From an uncultured Solirubrobacterales bacterium (GTDB taxonomy: Bacteria > Actinomycetota > Thermoleophilia > Solirubrobacterales > 70-9): DNA of 64,000 nucleotides. The stretch spans positions 79,310 to 143,309 of the forward strand of contig CAVUES010000007.1 of assembly GCA_963740555.1 (NCBI GenBank). Reading direction: 5' to 3'. A model generated the notes under the pieces. The model did not search any database. It was given only the letters and a program-made list of their open reading frames with translations, and was not told the DNA's origin. Below are positions 20,891 through 32,702 of this stretch, piece by piece. The translations under genes were made by a program, and so were the position numbers. Every line of letters starts with the position of its first letter. Position 1 is the stretch's first letter.

Positions 20891-21703
20891 CTAGCGCAAT
20901 GCGGCGTAAACGAGCGGTTTGTAGCCGGACGACTGCCCGGTCACGTTCGGGTGGTAGGACTCCATCACTGGGTTCGAGAGCCCGTTCAGCCACTCGACGT
21001 CGTCGCAGATCGCGTGGCCGGCGAACGCACTGCGCGGATCGACGAAACGGAACCCGTACGCCGACGCGCGGCCGTTTTCGGTGGTCTCCAGCAGGTCCGC
21101 CGTCTGGTTCAGCTTCGTCTCCTCGGTCGGGCTGAAGAACGTCCCGGCATTGCAATCCTGGCCATTGAACAGCCGCGGATAGCCGACCACGGCGACGCGT
21201 GCGTTCGGCGCCCGGCCGCGGATCGTCGAGTAGACGTCGTTGAGCTGGCCCGGCAGCGTGTCGCGGATGTAGTTCTGGGCGTTGGTGATGTTGCCGTCGC
21301 AGCTCCATGGCCAAGGGAGCGCGCATTGGGTGATCACGCTCGAAAAGCCGGCGTCGTTACCACCGACCGAGATCGTCACGTAACTGGTCGAGGCGCTCAG
21401 CGGTCCGAGTTGATTGTTGAGGACGTCGCCGGTCTTTGCCCCCGAGCAGGCGGTGAAGCTCAGCGAGGCGCCGAGCCGGGAAGCGACGAGGACCGGGTAG
21501 GCCTTCGGGCTGCGATAGCAGCTGCCGCTGTCGCTGCCGCTGTAGTAGGTCCTCGTTCCGACCCCGGACGAATACGAGTCGCCCAAGGCGACGTAGCTCG
21601 ACGCGCGGGCCAGCGTTGGAGCTACGAGCAGCACCAGCAGCGCGATCGCCGCCAGGGCCGCCGTCACACGCCCGCGGGTGCCCGATCTGATGCATCCCGA
21701 CAT
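20891..21703 (-). CDS. Secreted SGNH/GDSL-family hydrolase (lipase/esterase)
   Basis: Signal peptide, then YVALGDSYSSGVG (block I), SVGGNDAGF (block III) and a C-terminal His region. Confidence 0.85.
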   Translation of the reverse strand: MSGCIRSGTRGRVTAALAAIALLVLLVAPTLARASSYVALGDSYSSGVGTRTYYSGSDSGSCYRSPKAYPVLVASRLGASLSFTACSGAKTGDVLNNQLGPLSASTSYVTISVGGNDAGFSSVITQCALPWPWSCDGNITNAQNYIRDTLPGQLNDVYSTIRGRAPNARVAVVGYPRLFNGQDCNAGTFFSPTEETKLNQTADLLETTENGRASAYGFRFVDPRSAFAGHAICDDVEWLNGLSNPVMESYHPNVTGQSSGYKPLVYAALR

Positions 21704-21809
21704 TCGTCTCCTCCTTGAATCGGTTACCGGGTCTCCGGTCCGACGCTATCCCGCCCCGACGCACGAATCGTGGCGTCTATTTGACGCTAGTTGCGCGCGC
21801 CTGGAGCAG

Positions 21810-22529
21810 TCAGGAGTTCTTGCGAAGCCGTGGGAGGGTGCGGAAGACGACGTCCCAGAGCGGTGACGAGACGCCGAACCCGAAGCGGTGGTCCTGGAAG
21901 TGGTGGCGCATGTGCTGCTCGCGCAGCTGCTTGCCCAGCTTCGTCTTCGGCGTGTGGTGATGCACGTGGTAGTGCATGTAGTCGTAGCCGAGATAGCCGG
22001 CGATGAAGCCGGCGAACAGGGGGTAGGCCGCGGGTGTGCCGAAGAGCGCCTGGAAACCGAGGAAGAAGATGATCGCGAGCGGGATGCTCACCGCCGGGGG
22101 CATCACGAGACGCAGCCGGTCGTTGGGGTGATCGTGGTGAACGCCGTGGATGATGAAGTGCATCCGGTGCCCCGCGTCGTTGTCGGGCTCCCAGTGAAAG
22201 AGCAGGCGGTGCAGCCAGTACTCGGTCAGGGTCCAGATGCCGAGCCCCCCGATCGTCAGCGCGATCAGCTCCAGCGCTCCGAGGCCGCGGTCGGCTCCCA
22301 GCCACTCCATCGCGACGACCACCGGGATGAAGACGATCGCTGGGATCGAGGGGTGGACCCGGGAGAAGAAGTTGAGAAAGGCGCTGTCGAACAGCTGCGG
22401 GGAAGCCGCCAGCTGCTCGGATCTCTGGTGGGTGGCGTTTGCCATCTCGACGAAAAATAGTAGTCCCTGAAGAAGACTCAGCGATTTGCGCGAATGCCGC
22501 CTGAAGCCCTGACGAAAGAGTGGCATCAT
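21810..22529 (-). CDS. Fatty acid hydroxylase / sterol desaturase family membrane protein
   Basis: Histidine boxes HRLLFHW, HFIIHGVHHDH and HYHVHHH within TM segments. An alternative start lies at 22445 (MANATH). Confidence 0.8.
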   Translation of the reverse strand: MMPLFRQGFRRHSRKSLSLLQGLLFFVEMANATHQRSEQLAASPQLFDSAFLNFFSRVHPSIPAIVFIPVVVAMEWLGADRGLGALELIALTIGGLGIWTLTEYWLHRLLFHWEPDNDAGHRMHFIIHGVHHDHPNDRLRLVMPPAVSIPLAIIFFLGFQALFGTPAAYPLFAGFIAGYLGYDYMHYHVHHHTPKTKLGKQLREQHMRHHFQDHRFGFGVSSPLWDVVFRTLPRLRKNS

Positions 22530-22829
22530 CGCCGCCGGCTCGGGAATCGCAGCCGGGCGAAGGTCTCAAATCGGAGAGAGGACCGGACGAGATTGGCAAA
22601 GACCGCGGGGCGAGCACGGGCGAAGGCGCCCAGTTGCGAGGACTGCTACTTCCGCAAGAACCTTCTCTGTGCGCTTGAGCTCGACGAGCCCTGTGCGACC
22701 TTCCGTCCCGACCGCCCCGAGGGCCTCGTGCCTCCGCGCCAGCCGGTGTTGTTGATGCGCAGCCCACGCTGGGCGGGCCGCATCCAGGAAGGCGTAGGGC
22801 TCAGCGGGCCGGAGCTTGCCAGGCGCTGA
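22494..22829 (+). CDS. Possible small basic four-Cys protein (CEDCYFRKNLLCALELDEPC)
   Basis: The ORF is divergent from the hydroxylase gene. It has a Cys-x2-Cys-x8-Cys-x7-Cys pattern. No family recognised, start uncertain, and it could be non-coding. Confidence 0.3.
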   Translation: MPPEALTKEWHHRRRLGNRSRAKVSNRREDRTRLAKTAGRARAKAPSCEDCYFRKNLLCALELDEPCATFRPDRPEGLVPPRQPVLLMRSPRWAGRIQEGVGLSGPELARR

Positions 22830-22896
22830 GACCTGACTCCAGGCGAGCCGTGCGGGGGTAAGGTTGCCCTCGCAACCCGGAGGAGAGACCCGGCTC

Positions 22897-23691
22897 GTGA
22901 GGATCACAGTTCTTGGCAAGTCGCCGTCCTGGCAGGACGTTGACGGTGCCTGCAGCGGCTACCTGGTCGAGGACGGCGACTCCAGCGTCCTGATCGACTG
23001 CGGAAACGGGGTCTTCTCGAAGCTGCGCCGCTTCCGCGACTACGTGGACCTCGACGCGGTGGCGATCTCCCACCTGCACGCGGACCACTTCCTCGACCTC
23101 GTGCCCTACAGCTACGCGCTCACCTACGCGCCGCGCCAGCAGCCGGTTCCGGTCGACCGCTGGCCGGGGACGGACAACCCGGCCCGCCCGCGCCTGATCG
23201 CCCCGCATGGCGCCAGGGAGACCTTCCGCCGCGTCACCGGCGCCTGGGGAAGCGAGGAGCTGATCGAGAATGCCTTCGCGCTCGAGGAGTACGAGCCAAA
23301 TGCGGTCGTCGAGGTCGGCTCGATCCGGCTCCATTTCCAGGAGGTGCCCCACTTCACCGAGACCTTCGCGATCGACGTCACCTCCACGAACGGCAGTGGA
23401 CGCTTCACCTTCGGCGCCGATTGCTCGCCCACCGAGGAGCTGGTGCTGGCCGCGAAGGAGACCGACCTGCTGTTGATCGAGGCGACGCTGCCACGGCCGG
23501 AGCGCGACGGACAGCGAGGCCACCTGACGCCGGGGGAGGCCGGCGAGCATGCCCGCCGCGCCGGCGCCCACCGCGTCGTCCTCACCCACATCTCCGACGA
23601 GCTCGACGCCGACTGGGCCCGCGACGAGGCATCCAAGACTTTTGGTGCCCCCGTGGAAGTCGCTCACGAGGGCGCGATCTACGAAGTCTGA
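22897..23691 (+). CDS. MBL-fold metallo-hydrolase
   Basis: ISHLHADHFLDL (HxHxDH) motif. GTG start at 22897 is preceded by GGAGGAG about 10 nt upstream. Confidence 0.8.
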   Translation: MRITVLGKSPSWQDVDGACSGYLVEDGDSSVLIDCGNGVFSKLRRFRDYVDLDAVAISHLHADHFLDLVPYSYALTYAPRQQPVPVDRWPGTDNPARPRLIAPHGARETFRRVTGAWGSEELIENAFALEEYEPNAVVEVGSIRLHFQEVPHFTETFAIDVTSTNGSGRFTFGADCSPTEELVLAAKETDLLLIEATLPRPERDGQRGHLTPGEAGEHARRAGAHRVVLTHISDELDADWARDEASKTFGAPVEVAHEGAIYEV

Positions 23692-23738
23692 GCGGCACGA
23701 CCGAGGAGCCTGAGAGGCACTTCTTCCGCGGGTGGTGC

Positions 23739-23795
23739 GGCGGGCTCGATTCCCGCGCGCGCGGACCGTGGAGCACGGGCGGGAACGAGCCCGCC
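23739..23795. terminator. Strong imperfect hairpin between the MBL gene and hsp20 (terminator or hsp20-lon leader structure)
   Basis: GGCGGGCTCGATTCCCGC (23739-23756) pairs with GCGGGAACGAGCCCGCC (23779-23795), with a one-base bulge and a ~22 nt loop. There is no U-tract. Confidence 0.35.
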
Positions 23796-23840
23796 GTGAC
23801 AGGACCCGCGGGAAGGAGCGTCTGTCTATCTTCTACGGGA

Positions 23841-24281
23841 ATGCCCGAGCGAGACCTATTCGCGAACTTCGAGCGCATGCGGCGGGAGATGGATCAGCTG
23901 TTCGGCGACTGGCCCGGCAGGGGCCTGATCGGCGCCCACAGCAGCGGCTTCTCGCCCAAGATCGACCTCTACTACTGCGGCGAGCCCCAGCGGGCGATCG
24001 TCAAGGTCGACCTATCCGGGGTCGAGCTCGGCGAGGTTGCGATCGAGGTCAGCGGCCGCGACCTGGTGATCAGCGGCGAGCGCCCGGTGCAGGAGACCGA
24101 GGGCCGCGTCTACCAGCAGGTCGAGATCGACTCGGGCCCGTTTCGCCGCATCGTCGAGCTGCAGGTCGACGTCGACCCCGAGCGCGCCAAGGCCACCTAC
24201 GAGGACGGTGTCCTGCGCATCGAGCTGCCGTTGCGCGAGCAGGCCGAGACGGCGCGCCGGGTGCCGATCGACCGCCAGTGA
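23841..24281 (+). CDS. Hsp20/alpha-crystallin small heat-shock protein
   Basis: Alpha-crystallin domain pattern: PKIDLYY...VKVDLSGVELGEVAIEV...LVISGER...ATYEDGVLRIELP. Confidence 0.9.
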   Translation: MPERDLFANFERMRREMDQLFGDWPGRGLIGAHSSGFSPKIDLYYCGEPQRAIVKVDLSGVELGEVAIEVSGRDLVISGERPVQETEGRVYQQVEIDSGPFRRIVELQVDVDPERAKATYEDGVLRIELPLREQAETARRVPIDRQ

Positions 24282-24283
24282 GA

Positions 24284-26733
<2,450 letters not shown>

Positions 26734-26734
<1 letters not shown>

Positions 26735-28281
26735 TGCACTCGACAGGGGCCTTGACGGGGAGGCGTGTCCCTCCCCGACTCTTCATGCGCGAACGTCATC
26801 GGGCGGCGTGGGTGCCGTGGGCGCTGGGGGCGGCGATCGCGGTTGGGGCCGCGATCCGCTTCGCGACCCTGGGCGTGCAGAGCTACCACCACGACGAGGC
26901 GTGGACCGCCGGCGTCGTCCTGCATAGCAACCTGTTCACGACCCTGGACAAGGTCTCGGGCACCGAATCGACGCCGCCGCTCTACTACCTGCTCGCCTGG
27001 GGGTGGTCGAAGCTGTTCGGAACCGGGGAGTGGGGCCTGCGCTCGCTCTCGGCGCTGTTCGGGGTGGCGACGATCCCGGTCGTCTACCTGATTGGGCGCC
27101 GGATGGCCGGGGGCGCGGCCGGGGCGGCGGCGGCGGCGCTCGCTGCCGTCTGCCCGGCGCTGATCTGGTACTCGCAGGAGGCGCGCGCCTATGCGCTGCT
27201 CGTTCTGCTCAGCTCGCTCGCCTTTTTCTTCTTCCTGCGCGCCCGCGACGGGCTCCGACGCCGCGACCTCGTCTGGTGGGCGCTGCTCTCGGTGCTGGCG
27301 ATGGCGACGCACTACTTCGGTGCGATGCCGGCCGCGATCGAGGCAGCGCTGCTGCTCGTGGGGGCGGGCCGCCGTGCGGCGGCGCTGCGCGCGATCGCCG
27401 CGGTTATCGTCGGCGGGTTGGCGCTCGCGCCGCTGGCCCTGCACCAGGGGAGCGCCGGCCATGCCGACTGGATCGGCCGCCTGGGGATGCCGACGAGGCT
27501 CAAGGAGACGGCGGTGACGTTCGCCAGCGGCGAGACCGGGCGCTTCATCGACCAGCCCTTGCATTCCCGCTACGCGGTGTTGCCCCTGGCGCTGCTCGCG
27601 GTGGCGCTGGCGCTGCTGGTCTGGCGCGCCTCGGCGTCCGAGCAGCGGGCCGCCGGGCTCGCGGTCGCCGTTGCCGGCGGAACCCTGCTTCTTGCGCTGC
27701 TCGCCGCCGCCCTTGGCCAGGACTTCGTCCTCGCCCGCAACCTGCTGCCGGCGCTGATTCCCCTTCTGGCGGCGGCGGCGGTTGGACTTGCCTGCCGCGG
27801 TGCCGGGCGCCTCGGGCTCGGCATCGCCATCGCCCTCGTTGCGTACTGGCTCGCCTTCGCGATCTACGTCGACCTGCGCCCCCGGTTGCAGCGACCCGAT
27901 TGGCGCAACGTCGCCGCCGACCTCGGCTCGCCGGCGGGGCCGCGCGAGATCGTCGACTCAGGCCAGGGGACCGTGCCACTGCGCTATTACCTGCGTGACC
28001 GCACCGTCGAGCTGCACTCCCCCCGGCCCCCGATCCCGGTCCGCGAAGTCGACGTGGTCAGCATCGGAAAGCCCCCGGCTCGCCGCACGACCGGCCTGCC
28101 TCGCCCTTTCCGACCCGCCGGCCAGGTGAGCGAGGACACGGTGACCCTGACCCGCTATCTGGCGCCACGGCCGCTGCCGGTGCCGTGGCATCGGTTGCTC
28201 GATCACTACACGGGATTCCAATCCCGCGACGTGCTCGCCCAGGGGGCGGCGGCCCGCGCCGCGGCCAATGCGTCGAATTGA
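26734..28281 (+). CDS. GT39/ArnT-like polytopic glycosyltransferase (PMT family)
   Basis: About 10 TM helices and an N-terminal loop YHHDEAW (DE-type motif). The ATG overlaps the lon stop. An alternative start lies a few codons downstream. Confidence 0.65.
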
Positions 28282-28363
28282 GGCCTGCGGCACGAGTGGT
28301 CCAATTGCCGGCCGGGTATATCCTCCGCGAAGCAACCGGATCGACAGAGGGAGTTGACGAGGA

Positions 28364-28798
28364 ATGGCTAGAGGCAGCACCAGCGCGAGCAAGGCGGCCG
28401 ACGCGTACAGCGCCGCTCGCTCGCACCCCTATGTGCAGCGATTGATCGAGGACGAGGAGCTGCGCAACAACCTGCGCGACGCCTATGGCGCGGCTCGCCA
28501 CGCCTATGAGCGGATAAACAAGAACGGCAAGCCGGCGCAGCGGCTGATGGACGACAAGAAGGTGCAGCGAGACCTGCGAAGCGCGGCCGACTCCCTGCGC
28601 GAGGCCTCCGAGCAGCTGCGCGGCCGGCGCAAGCGCAAGGGCCGCCTCGGCCGACTGATCCTGATTGGTGCGATCGGGGCCGGGGTCACCTTGGCTGTCA
28701 GCGAGACCGCCCGCAAGGCTGTGATGGACACGCTGTTCGGCGCCGAGGAGGAGTTCGAGTACACGAGCACGACCGGCGGCAACGGCGCCGGCACCTAG
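28364..28798 (+). CDS. Hypothetical helical protein with one TM segment near the C-terminus
   Basis: ATG is preceded by GAGGGAG. Charged helical N-terminal part, then LILIGAIGAGVTLAV. No family recognised. Confidence 0.55.
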   Translation: MARGSTSASKAADAYSAARSHPYVQRLIEDEELRNNLRDAYGAARHAYERINKNGKPAQRLMDDKKVQRDLRSAADSLREASEQLRGRRKRKGRLGRLILIGAIGAGVTLAVSETARKAVMDTLFGAEEEFEYTSTTGGNGAGT

Positions 28799-28801
28799 CC
28801 T

Positions 28802-29503
28802 TTGCCAAGCGTCCACGTCCTGCTGCCGGCGCAGCGCTACGTCTTCGCCGTCTCGAACGGCGAGGTGGACGTGGCGACGATCGACGACTCCGCGGACGGG
28901 TTCAGGCGCTACAAGGAGCTGCAGGCAGGCGGCCGAACCGCCGGGATGATCGCCTTTCCCAACTCGCTGCTGATTCGTGCCTCCGAGGACTACCTTGTCG
29001 ACCCGGGGCTGGTGATGCAGGGGGCGCCGCTCTTCGGGGCGCTCGCCGAGCTCGACGTCTCGGCCAACGACATAAAGAAGGTGATCATGACCCACCTTCA
29101 CTTCGACCACGCGGAGGGGCTGGCCGCATGGCCACAGCGCACCGTCTACGTGCACCGGCTCGAGACCGAGGCCCCCTACGCCCAGCTCGTCGCCGGGCAG
29201 CTGGAGACCGTCAACCTGGAGATTCTCGACGGCGACGAGGGCGAGATCGAGCCGGGCGTGCGCTGGATCCGCACCCCGGGCCATTGCGACGGCCTGATCA
29301 CGATCCTCGTCGACACCGACGACGGGCTGACGGCGATCGCGTCGGACTGCGTCGGGCCGCTGCCCGAGTACTTCGACCAGATGGACCTCCCAGAGGACTT
29401 TGGGCCCGAGCGCGAGGAGCTGCTCGAGCAGTGGAAGCGCATCCGGGATCTTGACCCAGCCGTCGTGATTCCCGGCCACAACCCACCCGTACGACTCCGA
29501 TAA
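28802..29503 (+). CDS. MBL-fold metallo-hydrolase (lactonase-like)
   Basis: MTHLHFDHAEG (HxHxDH) motif, downstream TPGHCDG, and PGHN at the C-terminus. TTG start. Confidence 0.8.
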   Translation: MPSVHVLLPAQRYVFAVSNGEVDVATIDDSADGFRRYKELQAGGRTAGMIAFPNSLLIRASEDYLVDPGLVMQGAPLFGALAELDVSANDIKKVIMTHLHFDHAEGLAAWPQRTVYVHRLETEAPYAQLVAGQLETVNLEILDGDEGEIEPGVRWIRTPGHCDGLITILVDTDDGLTAIASDCVGPLPEYFDQMDLPEDFGPEREELLEQWKRIRDLDPAVVIPGHNPPVRLR

Positions 29504-29524
29504 CCGTCGTCTCGCGTTGTCCTC

Positions 29525-29578
29525 GGGCAATCGACTCGCTCATGCACGGCTCCAGTGCACTCGCGTCGTCGATTGCCC
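29525..29578. promoter_or_regulatory. Long hairpin/palindrome upstream of the TetR gene
   Basis: GGGCAATCGAC (29525-29535) and GTCGATTGCCC (29568-29578) are perfect inverted repeats. An inner TGCAC/GTGCA pair is also present. It is either a terminator of the MBL gene or an operator. Confidence 0.35.
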
Positions 29579-29641
29579 TGCGTCCTAGCGAGACTCGGTT
29601 CTCGGAGCCGTGACGCCACTAGGCCCCATAGACTTCCCCTG

Positions 29642-30253
29642 ATGGAAGCAGCTGCACCCGAGCGCGAGCTCACCGGGGAGAAGGCTCAGCGGATCATCGA
29701 TGCGATGCGCACCAGCGTCGCCAAGCGCGGCGCCGCCGGATCGACCTTCGAGCACGTCGCCCGCGAGGCCGGCGTCAGTCGCGGGTTGCTGCATTACTAC
29801 TTCGGGACCAAGGAGCGGTTGCTGGTCGAGGTCGTGCGTCGCGACACCGAGCTGCGGATCGAGATGCTCGACGAGCCGCTCGCCAAGGCGCAGACCGTCG
29901 ACGACGTCCTCGACGTCCTGGTCACCTATCTGCTCGACCTGATCGAGAACGAGCCCGAGTACTTCCTGCTCCTGTTCGAGCTCTTCAGCGCCGGTCGCCG
30001 CAACGCCGACATCCAGCGCGAGCTGGGGCAGCTTTTCGGGCGCACGCGGGGCCACGTCGGCGAGATCCTGCGCGCCAAGGAGGGCGAGGGGGTGCTGAAC
30101 CTGCGCTACGACGCGGAGGCGGTGACGTCCTATCTGTTCGCGGTCGGCGACGGCTTCGCCCTGCAGGCGCTTTCCGCCCCGGGCCAGGACCACGGTGGCC
30201 TGCTCGCCGCCTCCAAGGCGACGGCGCGCTACCTGCTGACCGACAGGCAGTAG
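29642..30253 (+). CDS. TetR-family transcriptional regulator
   Basis: HTH region TFEHVAREAGVSRGLLHYYFGTKERLL. Start ATG 29642 is preferred. Confidence 0.9.
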   Translation: MEAAAPERELTGEKAQRIIDAMRTSVAKRGAAGSTFEHVAREAGVSRGLLHYYFGTKERLLVEVVRRDTELRIEMLDEPLAKAQTVDDVLDVLVTYLLDLIENEPEYFLLLFELFSAGRRNADIQRELGQLFGRTRGHVGEILRAKEGEGVLNLRYDAEAVTSYLFAVGDGFALQALSAPGQDHGGLLAASKATARYLLTDRQ

Positions 30254-30265
30254 CTCGGGCGTCTT

Positions 30266-30336
30266 GGCGGCCGGGGGCAGGGGCCCTCGCTAGCCAACCA
30301 CCCCGTAGCCCTAGCTCGGACCCCTGCCCCAGCCGG
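30266..30336 (+). repeat. Copy 2 of the second repeat family (conserved core with different but still complementary outer stem)
   Basis: GGGGCAGGGGCCC ... GGACCCCTGCCCC flank the core GCTAGCCAACCACCCCGTAGCCCTAGCTCGGACCCC. It lies in the tail-to-tail gap after the TetR stop. Confidence 0.65.
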
Positions 30337-30356
30337 AAACTCCGTTTGTCAGTCGG

Positions 30357-31187
30357 TCAGCAGCCCACGTGGCCTGAGGGGAGGCGGATGAGGACGCGGG
30401 AGCGGTTGTCGTTCTCGTTCGACTCCCGCAGGTGGTTTTTCGGGTCCGCTTCCATGTAGAAGGCGAAGCATCCGTGCAGGCCGCTGACGTTGACGTACTG
30501 CTGGTTGTAGTCGGAGGGATAGATGTCGGACCATCCGACCGAGGTGCCCAGCGTCACCCGACGCTTGTTTGGGTCCTGGTTGCAGCCGGGATAGTGGAAA
30601 TGGCTCGGCGAATGGCGCGACGGCTTGGTGCGCTGCAGGTCGCGAAGGCAGTAGTAGAACTTCGGCCCGGTGCGTATCTGGTGCAGCGGATGCCGACGCC
30701 CGTCCACCGTCCAGATCTCGAACCGCGCCGCATCGCGGAACTTCCAGTAGCGGTACTGGCCGGGCACCGGATAGAAGGCGAGGCGCCCCTTGGTCCGGAT
30801 CACGAGCTTGCCGCCCCCCTTGCGGTAGATGCTCTGGTTGACCCGCATCAGTCGGGTGTGCCGGATGCGGATGCCATGAAGCTCCATCGGCCCCTCGCCG
30901 CGGCTGTTGAGGCTGCTCTGCGCGTGCAGCAGTCGTCGACCACCCCGGCTTACGGAGATGAACATCTGCCTCGGCCTCGACATCCGCAGGTTCGGGCACA
31001 GCAGCTGCTCGCGCTCCGGCGTCAGGCAGGGGTTGGCTCCGTTCTCGACCGGGTCGCTGCCGGGGTAGCGGGCCCGGGGGTTGGCGCTACCGCTCGCCGC
31101 GAGCGCCAGCAGCAGCGCGCAGCCGACCGCCGCCGCAATCGGGGCGAGCTTCGACCTCGCTCGTGACGTGCCTGCCTCAGACCTCAT
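30357..31187 (-). CDS. Secreted lysyl-oxidase-like (LOX catalytic-domain-like) protein
   Basis: Signal peptide. GPKFYYCLRDL resembles LOX HKASFCLED. LGTSVGWSDIYPSDYNQQYVNVSG...ADPKNHLRESNENDNRSRVLIRL resembles LOX [23 protein letters not shown]...[23 protein letters not shown]. The alignment is from memory. Confidence 0.55.
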   Translation of the reverse strand: MRSEAGTSRARSKLAPIAAAVGCALLLALAASGSANPRARYPGSDPVENGANPCLTPEREQLLCPNLRMSRPRQMFISVSRGGRRLLHAQSSLNSRGEGPMELHGIRIRHTRLMRVNQSIYRKGGGKLVIRTKGRLAFYPVPGQYRYWKFRDAARFEIWTVDGRRHPLHQIRTGPKFYYCLRDLQRTKPSRHSPSHFHYPGCNQDPNKRRVTLGTSVGWSDIYPSDYNQQYVNVSGLHGCFAFYMEADPKNHLRESNENDNRSRVLIRLPSGHVGC

Positions 31188-31292
31188 CCGGGAAGTCGCG
31201 CGAGTCTAAACGCCGTGCCCGCCGGCCGCCATATGCTTCGCCACCGTGAGCGGCAGAATGGGCAGCGACCGCCTGAAAGTCCTCGCGGAGCA

Positions 31293-32702
31293 ATGAGCGA
31301 CGACCTGGCATTCGCAAGCGCTTCCCGGCAAGCCAAGATGGTGCGTTCCGGAGAAGTGTCCCCGACCGAGCTCGTCCAGGCGACCCTGGACCGCATCGAG
31401 CGCTTGGAACCGCAGCTGAACGCGTTTCGCGTCGTGCTCGGCGAGCGGGCATTGGCGGAGGCGAAGCAGGCGGAGGCGCGTTTGGGGGCCGGCGACGAGC
31501 GGCCGCTTCTGGGGGTTCCGATCGCGCTCAAGGACTCCGCTGATCTGGCTGGGGAGCTGACCACGCACGGAACCGACGCCTTCGACAGCCCGGCGACGGC
31601 CGACTCCGAGATGGTGCGACGGCTTCGCGGGGCGGGGGCGATCGCGGTCGGCAAGACCAACCTGCCCGAGCTGGCGATCTTCGGCTTCACCGAGTCGGCG
31701 ACCTGGGGCGTGACCCGCAATCCCTGGGACCCCCAGCGCGGTACCGGAGGCTCCAGCGGCGGCAGCGCATCGGCGGTCGCCGCCGGAATGGCGCCGCTTG
31801 CGTCTGGGTCCGACGGCGCCGGATCGATCCGCATCCCGGCGGCCTCCTGCGGCGTCTTTGGGCTGAAGCCGTCTCGGGGGCGAATCTCGCTGGCGCCCGA
31901 CCTCGAGCATTGGAACGGGATGTCGGTGAATGGCTGCCTGAGCCGCACCGTGCTCGACACGGCCCTCTACCTCGACCTGACAAGCGGCGGCTCGAAGGAG
32001 CCGGGCGCGCCGCCGCCGCCGGAGCGGCCCTTCGTCGAGCACGCGCAAAGCCCGCCCGGAAAGCTGCGGATCGCGCACTCGACCAAGCCGATCCGCGGGC
32101 TGGCGCCCCCGATCGTCTCCGACGCCGCCAAGGGGGCCGTAGCGGAGACGGCCGAGCTTCTGCGCTCGCTCGGGCACGAGGTCGCCGAGCGAGACCCCGA
32201 CTGGGGCCTGATCGGGAACCAGATCTCGGCCCGCTACTTGCGCGGCATCCACGACGACGTCACTCGCGTGCCGTTCCCCGAGCGGCTCGAGTTGCGAGCC
32301 CGCCGCATCGGGCAGCTCGGTGGGCTGGTCTCCGAAGGGGCGTTGGAGAAGGCGCGCGGAGAAGCGGCTGAGCGCGACCGCGACCGCCTGCGGCCGCTGT
32401 TCGAGCAGTTCGACGTGCTGATGACGCCGGTGATGGGCGGCACGGCGCTTCCTCTGCGCCGCTGGGAAGGCCGCAGCGCGATGCGGATCGTCCTCGGACA
32501 GGCGCGCTTTTACGGCTTCACGCCGGCCTGGAACCATCTCGGCAACCCGGCAGCTTCGGTCCCGGCCGGGTTCGCGGGCGATGGGCTGCCGCTCGCCGTG
32601 CAGCTGATCGGACGGCCCGGAGACGAGGGCACGCTGCTCTCCCTTGCGGCGCAATTGGAGGCGGAGCGGCCCTGGGCCGCGGATCGCCCCCCGGGTATGT
32701 GA
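31293..32702 (+). CDS. Amidase-signature family amidase
   Basis: GGSSGGSASAVAAGMAPLASGSDGAGSIRIPAASCGVFGLKPSRGR amidase-signature (AS) sequence. Start ATG at 31293. Confidence 0.9.
   Translation: MSDDLAFASASRQAKMVRSGEVSPTELVQATLDRIERLEPQLNAFRVVLGERALAEAKQAEARLGAGDERPLLGVPIALKDSADLAGELTTHGTDAFDSPATADSEMVRRLRGAGAIAVGKTNLPELAIFGFTESATWGVTRNPWDPQRGTGGSSGGSASAVAAGMAPLASGSDGAGSIRIPAASCGVFGLKPSRGRISLAPDLEHWNGMSVNGCLSRTVLDTALYLDLTSGGSKEPGAPPPPERPFVEHAQSPPGKLRIAHSTKPIRGLAPPIVSDAAKGAVAETAELLRSLGHEVAERDPDWGLIGNQISARYLRGIHDDVTRVPFPERLELRARRIGQLGGLVSEGALEKARGEAAERDRDRLRPLFEQFDVLMTPVMGGTALPLRRWEGRSAMRIVLGQARFYGFTPAWNHLGNPAASVPAGFAGDGLPLAVQLIGRPGDEGTLLSLAAQLEAERPWAADRPPGM

Noticed and set aside
21745-21775. 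Short palindrome CACGAATCGTG upstream of the SGNH hydrolase gene as an operator
   Set aside because: It is a single 11-bp palindrome with no second copy and no adjacent regulator gene, so it is too weak to call.
23692-23840. HrcA CIRCE or HspR HAIR operator upstream of hsp20-lon
   Set aside because: Neither consensus inverted repeat is present. Only a generic GC-rich hairpin is seen, and it is reported separately.
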